From a virus (lineage: Duplodnaviria > Caudoviricetes), in the IMG/VR virus record IMGVR_UViG_3300037742_000045, positions 1 to 24,889 of that record: 24,889 bases of DNA. One strand, given 5' to 3'. This document shows, in pieces, positions 16,028-24,889 of the stretch. Under the pieces are notes generated by a model that saw only the letters and a program-made list of their open reading frames with translations, ran no database searches and had not been told where the DNA came from. The translations under genes were made by a program, and so were the position numbers. Positions within the stretch are counted from its first letter, which is position 1, and each line of letters starts with the position of its first letter.

Positions 16028-16963
16028 CTATAAAACTGTAGTTGTAGCAAGATTTGATTTGAACATAACGCCATCCATATTGATAATGTTTGCTGGCGGA
16101 GAAATTACAGCATCGTACAATTTCAATGTCAACACATCGCCAGTTGCTAATGCAGCTACTGTTAGGGTATATTGCCCCGGGATGGTTGCGCTAGCAGTCA
16201 ACAAAGAAGGAACTACTGTGACACCATCCACTTGATATAGCAAATCGGCTACTACTAATCCTTCCAGGGGAACTAATTTATTATTTGACTTAGCAGATAC
16301 AGTAAACACAACTGTAGTGGCAAGGTTAGCAGGCGCAACCATGGCCAATTCTACGTCGTTGTAGCCGTCAAGGTCTTGCCCTGCGTTAAAATCAAGATTT
16401 TCATTTGTGATCCATGAAACTGTATTGTCAAAATTCTGGCGATCAACTTGTACGGTAATAGTTTGGCTGTTTTCGTTTCCTATCACATACTTTCCAGTGT
16501 CTAATAGCCCTAAATCCAAGCCTCTACCATTACCCTGGGCATCCATAGACATTAAAACGTCTCCTTTAGTGTCAAACAAAATGATATCGTACTGCTCGTT
16601 ACTATCTAATTTAGTAATCGCCTTGTAGAAGTTTAATCCGTTATCAAAGGTAAACGTCCACATATACGGGTGCTTCAATGTTGTGAACATCTTACCTGTT
16701 GCGGCACGAGTTCCGCGATCGTTATCCGGAGTATTGTCTGCAAAATCTACAACTCCCTTAAGAATCGTTGCTTTTCCTTGTTGTTGCAATGCTTGAACAT
16801 ACGCCAAATTGAAATCGTCACCAGGCAAAATCTTTAGTCCTTTTTGAACCAAAGCAATCACCGAAGGTGTACGGAAATCAAATTTACAGAATTTCAATCC
16901 TGTTCCTAAAAGTTCAGCCAATCCACAGCTAACTTTATTAATTATTGTTGAAAATAATGCCAT
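16028..16963 (-). CDS. major tail tube protein with C-terminal beta (Ig-like) extension
   Basis: 311 aa, last gene before a terminator in the abundant structural block; V/T/A-rich C-terminal domain. Confidence 0.75.
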   Translation of the reverse strand: MALFSTIINKVSCGLAELLGTGLKFCKFDFRTPSVIALVQKGLKILPGDDFNLAYVQALQQQGKATILKGVVDFADNTPDNDRGTRAATGKMFTTLKHPYMWTFTFDNGLNFYKAITKLDSNEQYDIILFDTKGDVLMSMDAQGNGRGLDLGLLDTGKYVIGNENSQTITVQVDRQNFDNTVSWITNENLDFNAGQDLDGYNDVELAMVAPANLATTVVFTVSAKSNNKLVPLEGLVVADLLYQVDGVTVVPSLLTASATIPGQYTLTVAALATGDVLTLKLYDAVISPPANIINMDGVMFKSNLATTTVL

Positions 16964-16964
16964 T

Positions 16965-17165
16965 TTATATAATTTTTTGTGATTTTAAGAAATTAATTAC
17001 TCGTTTGTCGTAGTGATTGAACTTTTCCCCTACCAAATAGACCTTGACAACGTTGTCTGGGGTCATGGTTGGAAATTGTTTCAGCACTTTAAACGACTGC
17101 CAATTTTTCTGAACTTCTTTTGGTTGCTCTTGCTCGATTGACTTTTGTTGTTGTTTATTTTTCAT
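16965..17165 (-). CDS. hypothetical protein (66 aa)
   Basis: Tightly packed in-operon ORF. Confidence 0.7.
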   Translation of the reverse strand: MKNKQQQKSIEQEQPKEVQKNWQSFKVLKQFPTMTPDNVVKVYLVGEKFNHYDKRVINFLKSQKII

Positions 17166-17167
17166 TT

Positions 17168-17659
17168 TTAATCGAATTTAATTATTCTGACGCAATCTTT
17201 TGTTATTTCTGCATTTGGTAACCTGACTAATATTGCATCTATAATATCGATCGTTTTGTTTTTGTCGTTATTATCTATTTGACTGTAATTCGGCTTTTTA
17301 AACACTTCATAAACAAAATCGCTTCTAACTATACCTGATCTTATAAATGCTTTTTTTATATTCTCATAAACAGGAACTAAAACATTTTTATAACTTGTCT
17401 CCCATCTTTCGGTGTTAAACATGTCAACATTCAAATTCCTAACAGCTATAAAAAATTCCAGATCAGTTTTTATGTTTTTTCGAATATCATCGTCAGACTC
17501 TCTTTTAATCAACTGCCAAATCAAAGGGTATACAGAATCTGTTGACTTCAATATAAATCGATTGAACTCTACATCGTCACCAAAATGATAAACAGGCTTA
17601 AACCCATCTACTTCTGGCAATTGTTCAAATACTGATATCAAACGCTCTTCTAATATCAT
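17168..17659 (-). CDS. putative tail terminator / head-tail joining protein
   Basis: 163 aa with YPLIW motif, upstream of tail tube; synteny. Confidence 0.6.
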   Translation of the reverse strand: MILEERLISVFEQLPEVDGFKPVYHFGDDVEFNRFILKSTDSVYPLIWQLIKRESDDDIRKNIKTDLEFFIAVRNLNVDMFNTERWETSYKNVLVPVYENIKKAFIRSGIVRSDFVYEVFKKPNYSQIDNNDKNKTIDIIDAILVRLPNAEITKDCVRIIKFD

Positions 17660-18312
17660 AATCCTAAGCTATTAATAACGCTTTGACGAATGAATTTAGA
17701 TGTATCGTAATCATCCGGATTCTTTTGCATAAAATCGTACAAATTCAATTCATTACTTTGAATTGAAGCAAAATATATTCCGTGACCATTCCAATTGTCA
17801 AAATGAGTGTATTTATGACCGTTTGAACAATAACCGTTAGCCATCGAAACAAATTGATTCCACGCTTTTACCTGCTTGTCAGTTGGATTAACCATTGTTG
17901 AATTGGCAGAAGCAGAAGCGACAACTCCCGTCGTGGTGTATGTCGTGAAATCACTACCTAAATAGTGATAAAATATGTAATAAGCTATTAAGCTTACTTT
18001 TTTACCACCTATCGTGTATCTGATTCCTTTCCAGTTATCAGTCGGTTTGCCATCAACAAAGTCTTTCCATTTCTGCAATGCACTTGCTTTGAATGTCCAA
18101 TCAGTACCGGGAGTTACCTGTTCAAATTGGGTAATCAATTCATTGTACTGAGATTCAGTCAAAAACATAAGCAAACACTCACGCTCTCTTTCTTCGATTT
18201 CTTCTTTCAAAGCATCAACAGCCGAAGGCGTATTTGCCCCAATGCTCGGTTGGACCACAGCATTGGGTATAAATACATTTTTATTAAGAAAGTATGAAGT
18301 GTTGATTATCAT
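17656..18312 (-). CDS. putative head-tail adaptor
   Basis: 218 aa downstream of capsid; SLIAYYIFYHY..TTTGVV..KAWNQFV; synteny. Confidence 0.6.
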   Translation of the reverse strand: MIINTSYFLNKNVFIPNAVVQPSIGANTPSAVDALKEEIEERERECLLMFLTESQYNELITQFEQVTPGTDWTFKASALQKWKDFVDGKPTDNWKGIRYTIGGKKVSLIAYYIFYHYLGSDFTTYTTTGVVASASANSTMVNPTDKQVKAWNQFVSMANGYCSNGHKYTHFDNWNGHGIYFASIQSNELNLYDFMQKNPDDYDTSKFIRQSVINSLGL

Positions 18313-18316
18313 TTAC

Positions 18317-18565
18317 TTAGTCTTTTTTAACTACAGTTACAACGGTTTCTTCTTCTCTTTGGGACAACTTAGCCTCTTTTACTTCAGTTGCTCTTTTTAA
18401 TCCGATTAATTTATCGGCCTGAATCTTATGAAGCATTCTAGGTTTATTTAATTTATCCCCGACTAGAACCACAGTTTTGTAATCTTCTCTCTTTTCGAAA
18501 GTTGCTTTTACAGCGGTTTTTAACGCTTCTTTTGGGTCTTTCTCTGCTATTTCAAACTTTGGCAT
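18317..18565 (-). CDS. hypothetical protein (82 aa), capsid-adjacent
   Basis: In-operon ORF after major capsid. Confidence 0.7.
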   Translation of the reverse strand: MPKFEIAEKDPKEALKTAVKATFEKREDYKTVVLVGDKLNKPRMLHKIQADKLIGLKRATEVKEAKLSQREEETVVTVVKKD

Positions 18566-18575
18566 ATCTTTAAAA

Positions 18576-19862
18576 TTAAGGAGTTACTATTGTTAAACTT
18601 GCTTTCACAGCGTCTAAATCCAAAACCATCCATGCTGGCTTTTCGTTGTTTGCGATTCTCAATAAAGAGAATACTTCGCCAATTGCTGTCTTTTCATTTT
18701 CGATAAATTGATTGCCATAAGTACCAACTCTAAAAATGAAATTACTGTGCCATTCTCTGTAAACAGATGCATCACCAATTAAGGCAGTACCTTGAGTGAT
18801 TTTATAAGAAGAGAACACTCTCATTCCATTAATGCTGTAAGATCCATTGTTGTTTACGATGTATGGTTTTAAATCATAGCGACCTTCAGTATCTTGAGTA
18901 AATAAGGCGGTAAAAATATCGCTAGGATTCATTATCACAACATTTGGAGTGAAATACATTCCTTGAATTACTGACTGACCAGCAACAACTGCTAAAGCAT
19001 TATCCGGCTTAACTAAAGTTCCATCTAAAACAGAAGTAGTGTACGCAGTTGCATTTGTTTGAATAGTTGAGATAATACCATCTTGCCATGCACGAATTAC
19101 TTTATCTTCAAATAATCTAACAATTTCTGCAAAAAGCATTTCGTTGTCCATTTCGAATTCTTCAGTCCACTCAATACGACCAGCATATTTTTTACGAAGC
19201 GTTCTATTTCTGATAAAAGTATCAGAAGTTAATGGCTTTGTTCCACCTTCCAGAACAACTGCAACAGCTCCTTCCTCAGTAGCTTGTTCGGTTCTGATAA
19301 CCTCGCTAGGCACTTTCGAAATAAGGGTGTTTGGAATAACTTCAAGAATAAAATTATCAGGGTGACGAATGACAGCAATGTCATTTTCAACTAAGAAGTT
19401 TTCAACTAAAGGAAGTCCAACGCCGGAACCGTTTGAAACGGCAGAAGTCGTTGTAAACATTGCTGCAACCTTTAGAGCTGTAAATTCAAATGCCGGCAAG
19501 TCTTTACCTGATTTGATAGCCTCACAAATTGCTTTGTGATTATCACGCACATACTTTTTTAATTGGAATTTTTCTTTTTCTCCAATCATTTGAGTATGAT
19601 TTCCTTCCATTTTTTCAATAGATTCAGCAATATTTTTCAACTGCTCAGCTAACGGAACGATGTTGCCTTTATCATCTTTTTCGATTGCGCCTAAAGCCTC
19701 AGCCAAAGCCGCTTTCATTGATGCAGAATAACTTTCGTCCGTATCTGCCTGACGTGCTTTTAAAGCCTCGTCTAAAGCTTGCAAGAACTTTTCTTGGTCA
19801 GCTTCAATTGATGCGCCTGCTTTTTTAAGGGCTTCAATTAATGTGATGTTTTTGTTGTTCAT
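18576..19862 (-). CDS. major capsid protein, HK97 fold with N-terminal delta/scaffold region
   Basis: N-terminal coiled coil; EGAVAVVLEGGTKP, KKYAGRIEWTEE, VIMNPSD, INGMRV, ALIGD motifs. Confidence 0.9.
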   Translation of the reverse strand: MNNKNITLIEALKKAGASIEADQEKFLQALDEALKARQADTDESYSASMKAALAEALGAIEKDDKGNIVPLAEQLKNIAESIEKMEGNHTQMIGEKEKFQLKKYVRDNHKAICEAIKSGKDLPAFEFTALKVAAMFTTTSAVSNGSGVGLPLVENFLVENDIAVIRHPDNFILEVIPNTLISKVPSEVIRTEQATEEGAVAVVLEGGTKPLTSDTFIRNRTLRKKYAGRIEWTEEFEMDNEMLFAEIVRLFEDKVIRAWQDGIISTIQTNATAYTTSVLDGTLVKPDNALAVVAGQSVIQGMYFTPNVVIMNPSDIFTALFTQDTEGRYDLKPYIVNNNGSYSINGMRVFSSYKITQGTALIGDASVYREWHSNFIFRVGTYGNQFIENEKTAIGEVFSLLRIANNEKPAWMVLDLDAVKASLTIVTP

Positions 19863-19872
19863 CTTTTTTAAA

Positions 19873-20709
19873 TTAAATAAATGTTAATTTGTTCTTTTTA
19901 TCTTCTTGAGTGCTTTTCTGCGGCTCTGTTTTATTCTCTTGAGTGTCGTCTGACGGCTCTTCTTTTGTGCTTGTAATTACTCCCGTTGATGAATTACTTC
20001 CAAACACAACCAAACTTGATTCTTTTACATTTTGAGCTTCTTTAATTACAAAGAAGTAGTAAATGTATTCGAAATCATCTTTATTGGCTATTTGTGAAAT
20101 ATATTCATCGTATGTTTTTTTTGCTGTTGCATCTTCTGGCGCATTGCTATCCATGGCTAACAAAACAGTCACGTAACGCATTCTAACGCTACCTTCTATA
20201 GCGTCTCCGCTTTCTAGCCATTCTTTTACGTCATCATCTTTTACTTTGTCTTTTGGTACTTTGTAAATCAAAACCTCAGTTTCTCCTTCATAAGGCTTTC
20301 CGATCAAAGAAAATGGTATTTTTGCTGTGAACATTTCTATATGCTCTTTTCTAACTACGATTGATTTGACTCTTAATTCGTGATCAACAACCAAGTAATT
20401 TTTACCTTGTTGGTCTTTTAATGACTTCTTCCAAAGCCCATCGGCATGAAAATCATCGTGTGAATCTAAAATACGAGTAGAATTAACAGCGATATAATAG
20501 AAATTATCATCAATTTTAATTCCTTTTAACTGGTCAGTAAATTTTAATAAATCCAAAGACTTACAAGTAACTGAAATTCCTTTTTCGCAAGATTTTTGAA
20601 TTAAAGACTTTTTAGATTCTATAATTAATTCAGAATCTTCTCTAAGGCTTTTGAACAATTCTTCTTTATTTGAAAACGTTTTATCCGGGAAATAATTTGA
20701 TTTTATCAT
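19873..20709 (-). CDS. prohead maturation protease
   Basis: Between portal and capsid; LDSHDD, LVVDH, EGSVRM, ESSLVVFGSN resemble the HK97-type protease catalytic pattern. Confidence 0.75.
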   Translation of the reverse strand: MIKSNYFPDKTFSNKEELFKSLREDSELIIESKKSLIQKSCEKGISVTCKSLDLLKFTDQLKGIKIDDNFYYIAVNSTRILDSHDDFHADGLWKKSLKDQQGKNYLVVDHELRVKSIVVRKEHIEMFTAKIPFSLIGKPYEGETEVLIYKVPKDKVKDDDVKEWLESGDAIEGSVRMRYVTVLLAMDSNAPEDATAKKTYDEYISQIANKDDFEYIYYFFVIKEAQNVKESSLVVFGSNSSTGVITSTKEEPSDDTQENKTEPQKSTQEDKKNKLTFI

Positions 20710-20804
20710 TTCTTAATTTCTTTGTTATCTCTGATTGATTTTTCTTTTTCCTGCATCTTTTTCAACGCTTCTTTTTTCAACTTTTCTTCATCTTCCTTTT
20801 TCAT
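20706..20804 (-). CDS. small K/E-rich peptide, 32 aa (MKKEDEEKLKKEALKKMQEKEKSIRDNKEIKK), absent from ORF track
   Basis: Starts 3 nt after portal stop; ATGA overlap with protease start. Confidence 0.6.
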   Translation of the reverse strand: MKKEDEEKLKKEALKKMQEKEKSIRDNKEIKK

Positions 20805-20807
20805 AGC

Positions 20808-22070
20808 TTAAAAATTATATTTTCCGTTTAATTGAGAATATGCTTGATTCATATCTTGACCTGCATCGGTTAATTGCGCCAAGTTGTTTATCAAAATAGT
20901 GTCGCTTTCCAAAGAAGTCTTTTTATCTTCTTGCAAAGCTTCTACCTTTGAAAAATCGGGATAGAATTCTATTTCTTCTGGTAGGTAGTAAATCTTATTT
21001 AAGTCTCTTGCTTTATCTTCACACATTGATTTGATAACGTTTTGCCAAAGGCCTTTCTCAGCGTCATTTTTATTCGTAAACGTTGAACTTCCTTTTCTCG
21101 GAATAATTTCGGGGTCAACTCCAAATATCCCCGCTATTTTAATAGCATTTTCTTCAGTTTCCGTAAATGGTTCAAGTTCTTTAATTGTTCCAAGCGTTTT
21201 GATAAACTGCAAAGGAATTGATGAAATGCCTATGAAATTTTTATCTCCCGTAATTCCGTTTCTTGATTGCAAATCTTCTAGCATTCTATCCCTCGTAATT
21301 GGATCAACTGCTTCGGCAATGCTTGAATTTTCTGAATTTGGCGCTTTACTTAAAATGCCCCCGTTACCATTCTTAGCATAAACGTTGTATCGAGCCTGGT
21401 AAACTGCCATAATGTTGTTGATGTTCATTTCAACGGCCTTTAAAGGGCTTCTGCTTCTTCCATCTGAATCAACTCCCAAAGACGTGCGATGCAATACATA
21501 TCTCGGCTCAAGCTCATGTTTATACATGAAATGTGTTTTATAAAAAGCAATCAATTCATCTTTCGACTTAATCAAAAAAGGATTTGGTATTGTCTTTAAA
21601 AACACAGGAGCTGTCACGTTTGGCTTTAACACCCAAATATTCGAAATATTATCGATAGTTGGATTCTTAATTGAATTTGGAGTTTTTGTGTAAACGTAAC
21701 TATTCCCATCTGACAACTCAGAAAAAACGCTTTTATACACCAAATCACTTAATCTATCAAAAGGGTTTGGCTGCTCAACAAGCCTTGCCAAATTCCCCTT
21801 TGGCTCGTAAATCTCTAATGTTTTTTTATTTCTAATAACGTAAGGAACTGAAGCAACCCTATCTGCAATTGCATCAATCGGAATAAATATTTCAGCAACA
21901 TTAGAGGCTAATTCAAAAGCATTTTCATTGCAGAACTTTATTAATTTGTCATTTCCTAATGAATTTATATATTGACTAAAATACTGAAACCATTCCCCGG
22001 AATTGTCCTGTTCGGCAAATCCACTAACCTTTGTTCGTGTTTCTTTCTTCTTGAATGGATTCCAACTCAT
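20808..22070 (-). CDS. portal protein (HK97-like)
   Basis: IDAIADRVASVP, LVEQPNP, DGNSYVY, SPL, IAGIFGVDPEII, FTN motifs; synteny. Confidence 0.9.
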   Translation of the reverse strand: MSWNPFKKKETRTKVSGFAEQDNSGEWFQYFSQYINSLGNDKLIKFCNENAFELASNVAEIFIPIDAIADRVASVPYVIRNKKTLEIYEPKGNLARLVEQPNPFDRLSDLVYKSVFSELSDGNSYVYTKTPNSIKNPTIDNISNIWVLKPNVTAPVFLKTIPNPFLIKSKDELIAFYKTHFMYKHELEPRYVLHRTSLGVDSDGRSRSPLKAVEMNINNIMAVYQARYNVYAKNGNGGILSKAPNSENSSIAEAVDPITRDRMLEDLQSRNGITGDKNFIGISSIPLQFIKTLGTIKELEPFTETEENAIKIAGIFGVDPEIIPRKGSSTFTNKNDAEKGLWQNVIKSMCEDKARDLNKIYYLPEEIEFYPDFSKVEALQEDKKTSLESDTILINNLAQLTDAGQDMNQAYSQLNGKYNF

Positions 22071-22093
22071 TACGACAATAGTTTATTTAATAG

Positions 22094-22101
22094 CAAATAT
22101 A
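22094..22101 (-). promoter_or_regulatory. -7 element TATATTTG upstream of portal
   Basis: Exact TAnnTTTG(C) 23 nt before portal ATG; no clear -33 TTTG. Confidence 0.55.
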
Positions 22102-22133
22102 ATAAAAATACCTTATGTTAATGATTTATTTTA

Positions 22134-22141
22134 TATTTTTG
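22134..22141 (+). promoter_or_regulatory. -7 element TATTTTTG upstream of inverted secreted-protein gene
   Basis: Exact TAnnTTTG, divergent from portal promoter; AT-rich so chance match possible. Confidence 0.45.
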
Positions 22142-22173
22142 TTATTCATTATTAACAATTTAAATTTAAAAAG

Positions 22174-22617
22174 ATGAAAAAAATGTTTTTAGCGTTGACT
22201 TTGATGTTGACATTTTGTGTTTCGGCTCAAGTCACGGGACCGAAATTAACCTATGCTGCGGTAGGAAATTTACTTTCCGAACCAACTCATGCAGCAACTG
22301 ACACAATTACGAATACTACTGTGAAATATCAGTACGGGATTGTAAACGGGTCGAATGTGCATTTCACAATCCAAGCTAATCTGACAAAAATCTCAGGGAC
22401 TGTTGCTGGAACGGTAAAACCACAGGGTTCAGTTGATGGAGTTACTTATATGGATATTGCCGGACAAACCGCATTTACTTTAACAGATGTCGGAAGTCAA
22501 AGTTGTGTTTTTGTGATCGCTCCTTCTGCCTTTCAGTATTACAGGGTAGTAGTAACGCCTTCGGGAACGCAAAGCACGAAGATATCTAGTTTAGGATTAG
22601 TCAGACGATATAATTAA
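22174..22617 (+). CDS. secreted/periplasmic beta-rich protein (moron-like, opposite strand)
   Basis: Sec signal peptide MKKMFLALTLMLTFCVSA|Q; A-rich start context; QGSVDGVTY...YYRVVV reminiscent of galactose-binding/discoidin-like folds; own terminator. Confidence 0.85.
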   Translation: MKKMFLALTLMLTFCVSAQVTGPKLTYAAVGNLLSEPTHAATDTITNTTVKYQYGIVNGSNVHFTIQANLTKISGTVAGTVKPQGSVDGVTYMDIAGQTAFTLTDVGSQSCVFVIAPSAFQYYRVVVTPSGTQSTKISSLGLVRRYN

Positions 22618-22666
22618 AGAAAATAGAACGGAAGTTACAATGAAACTACGTGTAGCGCAATACTAC

Positions 22667-22694
22667 AAAAACCACTCAGTAACGAGTGGTTTTT
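22667..22694. terminator. bidirectional intrinsic terminator between terL and inverted gene
   Basis: AAAAACCACTC-AGTAAC-GAGTGGTTTTT perfect 11-bp inverted repeat. Confidence 0.88.
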
Positions 22695-24149
22695 TTATGC
22701 ATACAAAAATTTCTTATACTTTATCTTCAATATAGCGGCCGCACTACATAAAGCATCGATTGCGTCTTTCTTATTTTTATTTTCACCCTCACGTTCGTAA
22801 GCAACAACATGCTTAATAAATGTATGATATTCTGGATTCGATTTGTAATTAATATCAAACACGAAATACTTCTTCACGAACTCATAATTGGATAATATAC
22901 GGACTTCTTTTTGAACGCTTGAGTTAAATGGTTTTACAGTTGAATGATTTGAAACATCTTTTTTCAACAACATATAAGCGGCCAATCCCACACCATTAGC
23001 TTCCAAAAATGATTCTTCAATATGCTGTAGCCTGGATTTCATAATATAACGATCTGTGACTACTTCTATCCCTTCTTTTGAATGAATCACGTCTTTTACG
23101 AAGCATCCTAATTGTCCGTCAATCATTGCAACATGCATCATAGGGAACGAATAATGATCCCCGCCCTGATCGGCCGGATCGCCACAAGAGAATTTGAAAA
23201 TAATATTTTCTTCTGGGATGCTATCTAAATCTTCAAATCGTAAAGACTCCAATGGCAACAATTTACCTTTTGGAGATTTAGGATTCTGTTGATATTGCGT
23301 TTCAAAAACACTTTCGTCAGCTTCACGTATTTTTTTTAATTCCGCTAAAGTCTGCTTAAATTCCCACAAAGCAGTTTCTTCTCCGTTTTCGTCTGTTTGG
23401 ATGCAAGGTAATTCAATTAAAGTCCACTGGTCAGGTTCATTAGATGTTAAATAGCCTATCAAATCATTTTCATGTAATCTTTGTCCAATTACAATAATTG
23501 GCGTGTTACGGCTATTTGTACGGCTTCGAATCGTTGTTTCAAATCTTTGGTTTACCTTCTCTCTTTTTGTTTCACTTTCCGCATCATCTGGCTTTAATGC
23601 ATCATCAATTATTATTGCGCCGGCAAAGCGATTATTTGTGTTCTCTGAAATAAATTCTTCAATATCATCGACCTCTTCGTCAACTTCACCAGCTCCAAAC
23701 CCAGTAATTTGCCCGCCAGTAGCGGTTGCGTAAACACCGCCGCCCTCGCTGGTGTACCATTTATTTTTTGCTGTACTGCTTTTATCCATTTTAACATAGG
23801 GAAACAAATCCCTATACTCTTGCTCTTGAATAAAATCGCGGCATTCTTCGGAGTTGTCCAAAGCTAACGATTGAGAATAAGAAAGATGGATAAATTTTGA
23901 TGATGGGTTTATTGCCAATCCTGACGCTATAAACGTTTTAACAGCTAATTCCGTCTTCCCGTAACGCGGGGCTATAGCGATAGCTAGTTTTTTTATTTTA
24001 CCCTCTAAGACATCATTCAAAGCGTTACAAATTATTTCGTGATGGGAGTTAACTACGAACTTTCTTTTGAATCTTATTTTAAAGAAATACCTGGTAAAAA
24101 ATAATGTATCGGATATTACTTTAGCTCTTATAATATCTAATTCAGTCAT
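22695..24149 (-). CDS. terL: terminase large subunit
   Basis: Walker A-like IAPRYGKT, GQITGFGAG, Walker B IIIDD, IGQRLHEND, FETQYQQNP, nuclease DPA...DAID. Confidence 0.95.
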   Translation of the reverse strand: MTELDIIRAKVISDTLFFTRYFFKIRFKRKFVVNSHHEIICNALNDVLEGKIKKLAIAIAPRYGKTELAVKTFIASGLAINPSSKFIHLSYSQSLALDNSEECRDFIQEQEYRDLFPYVKMDKSSTAKNKWYTSEGGGVYATATGGQITGFGAGEVDEEVDDIEEFISENTNNRFAGAIIIDDALKPDDAESETKREKVNQRFETTIRSRTNSRNTPIIVIGQRLHENDLIGYLTSNEPDQWTLIELPCIQTDENGEETALWEFKQTLAELKKIREADESVFETQYQQNPKSPKGKLLPLESLRFEDLDSIPEENIIFKFSCGDPADQGGDHYSFPMMHVAMIDGQLGCFVKDVIHSKEGIEVVTDRYIMKSRLQHIEESFLEANGVGLAAYMLLKKDVSNHSTVKPFNSSVQKEVRILSNYEFVKKYFVFDINYKSNPEYHTFIKHVVAYEREGENKNKKDAIDALCSAAAILKIKYKKFLYA

Positions 24150-24649
24150 TATATATTTTTGTCTAAATTATCTAGCAGTTCTTTTGCTTGTTGTGGATTC
24201 ATTGGGATAATAGTAGTTCCTTTTATTTCCCCGGAATGTTCGGTTTGTAGTTTATCAGAAAGCCCTAGTTTTCTTGCGATTATGTTCGGATTGAAAGCCC
24301 CTACAGTCGCGCCTTCAAACTGTTGAGATTCAATAATTAGTTTGATTTGTTTAGTGACACGGAAAAAATCTTCGTACCCTGGAGCTTTTAAATAGTTATC
24401 AAAAGTACTTTCATCTATGTCAGCAAACAAGCAAAAAGACCCTATACTCATAGGAGTTGATGTCGGGATGTCAATTAATTCACCTGCAGCCATTCCTGAC
24501 TTTATAGGATCTTTTTTATTCCAAACTTTATCCTTCATCCATTCAAAATAATTAACAGCTTCGTCCCATAAATCATCAGGAGTATACGCGTGATTTCTCC
24601 CGTGCTTATTCCTGAATTCCCAATAATTATTTCCCTTTGGTGCTGGCAT
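24149..24649 (-). CDS. terS: terminase small subunit (P22 gp3-like DNA packaging protein)
   Basis: MPAPKGNNYW..GR..TPDDLW..YFEW..GAFNPNIIARKLGL; directly upstream of terL. Confidence 0.88.
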   Translation of the reverse strand: MPAPKGNNYWEFRNKHGRNHAYTPDDLWDEAVNYFEWMKDKVWNKKDPIKSGMAAGELIDIPTSTPMSIGSFCLFADIDESTFDNYLKAPGYEDFFRVTKQIKLIIESQQFEGATVGAFNPNIIARKLGLSDKLQTEHSGEIKGTTIIPMNPQQAKELLDNLDKNI

Positions 24650-24764
24650 CTTCTTCTGTATTTAGGTATGGCACATCATTTTCAAACAAACCTTTCTTTT
24701 TAATCATGTGGTATTTTGTGTTTTCTTTCAGTTTCTCCGGAATGTTATTTGTGATTGCCTTCAT
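24627..24764 (-). CDS. possible small protein, 45 aa (MKAITNNIPEK...ASTKGK)
   Basis: Fills gap between upstream gene and terS; no other support. Confidence 0.4.
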   Translation of the reverse strand: MKAITNNIPEKLKENTKYHMIKKKGLFENDVPYLNTEEDASTKGK

Positions 24765-24770
24765 TCCTGT

Positions 24771-24887
24771 TTAATATGATTGTTTCCATATCAGTTCTTC
24801 GTTTGTTAATGCAAAATATAGGTTTTGAAGTTGGTGGACGTATTTTAAAATCACCCTATTTTTATCACAAATAAACATACCATCAAA
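24771..24887 (-). CDS. phage hypothetical protein, 5'-truncated by window edge
   Basis: C-terminus ...LKYVHQLQNLYFALTNEELIWKQSY*, a motif I recognise from Bacteroidota-phage hypotheticals. Confidence 0.75.
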   Translation of the reverse strand, partial: FDGMFICDKNRVILKYVHQLQNLYFALTNEELIWKQSY

Positions 24888-24889
24888 CG

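Noticed and set aside
22651-22667. Small hairpin TGTAG-N7-CTACA before the terminator
   Set aside because: Only 5 bp; insufficient evidence for a separate element
2078-23797. Many + strand and nested ORFs (2078, 3523, 4202, 4481, 4770, 6237, 6816, 9248, 10218, 11409, 11981, 13877, 14404, 15136, 16017, 16407, 19144, 21031, 23503, 23612)
   Set aside because: Overlap well-supported minus-strand structural genes; composition typical of antisense or alternative-frame shadows

Overview
AT-rich tailed-phage (or prophage) segment, most likely a siphovirus of a Flavobacteriaceae/Bacteroidota host (TAnnTTTG promoters, A-rich start contexts, Bacteroidota-phage protein motifs). Most of the window (1939-24889) is a minus-strand late region. 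In order of transcription it holds terS, terL, an inverted secreted-protein gene, portal, prohead protease, HK97-like major capsid, head-tail proteins, tail tube, tape measure, tail tip and fibre genes, then a lysis cassette (holin-like proteins, GH19 endolysin, u-spanin). A few small + strand genes (1-1083) converge on it at a bidirectional terminator. Between the two lies a compact minus-strand array of seven tRNA genes (Tyr-GTA, Phe-GAA, Leu-TAA, Ser-TGA, Ser-GCT, Cys-GCA, Leu-TAG) that the ORF track does not show. Main finding: the array is preceded by a promoter, a 21-aa leader ORF and mutually exclusive antiterminator/terminator hairpins. Eleven consecutive leader codons (S-L-Y-L-S-F-C-Y-S-L-L) are read by the seven encoded tRNAs, and each tRNA is represented. 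This looks like a ribosome-stalling transcription attenuator that switches on phage tRNAs only when the matching host tRNAs become limiting. Protein calls come from motif recognition and synteny, not database searches.
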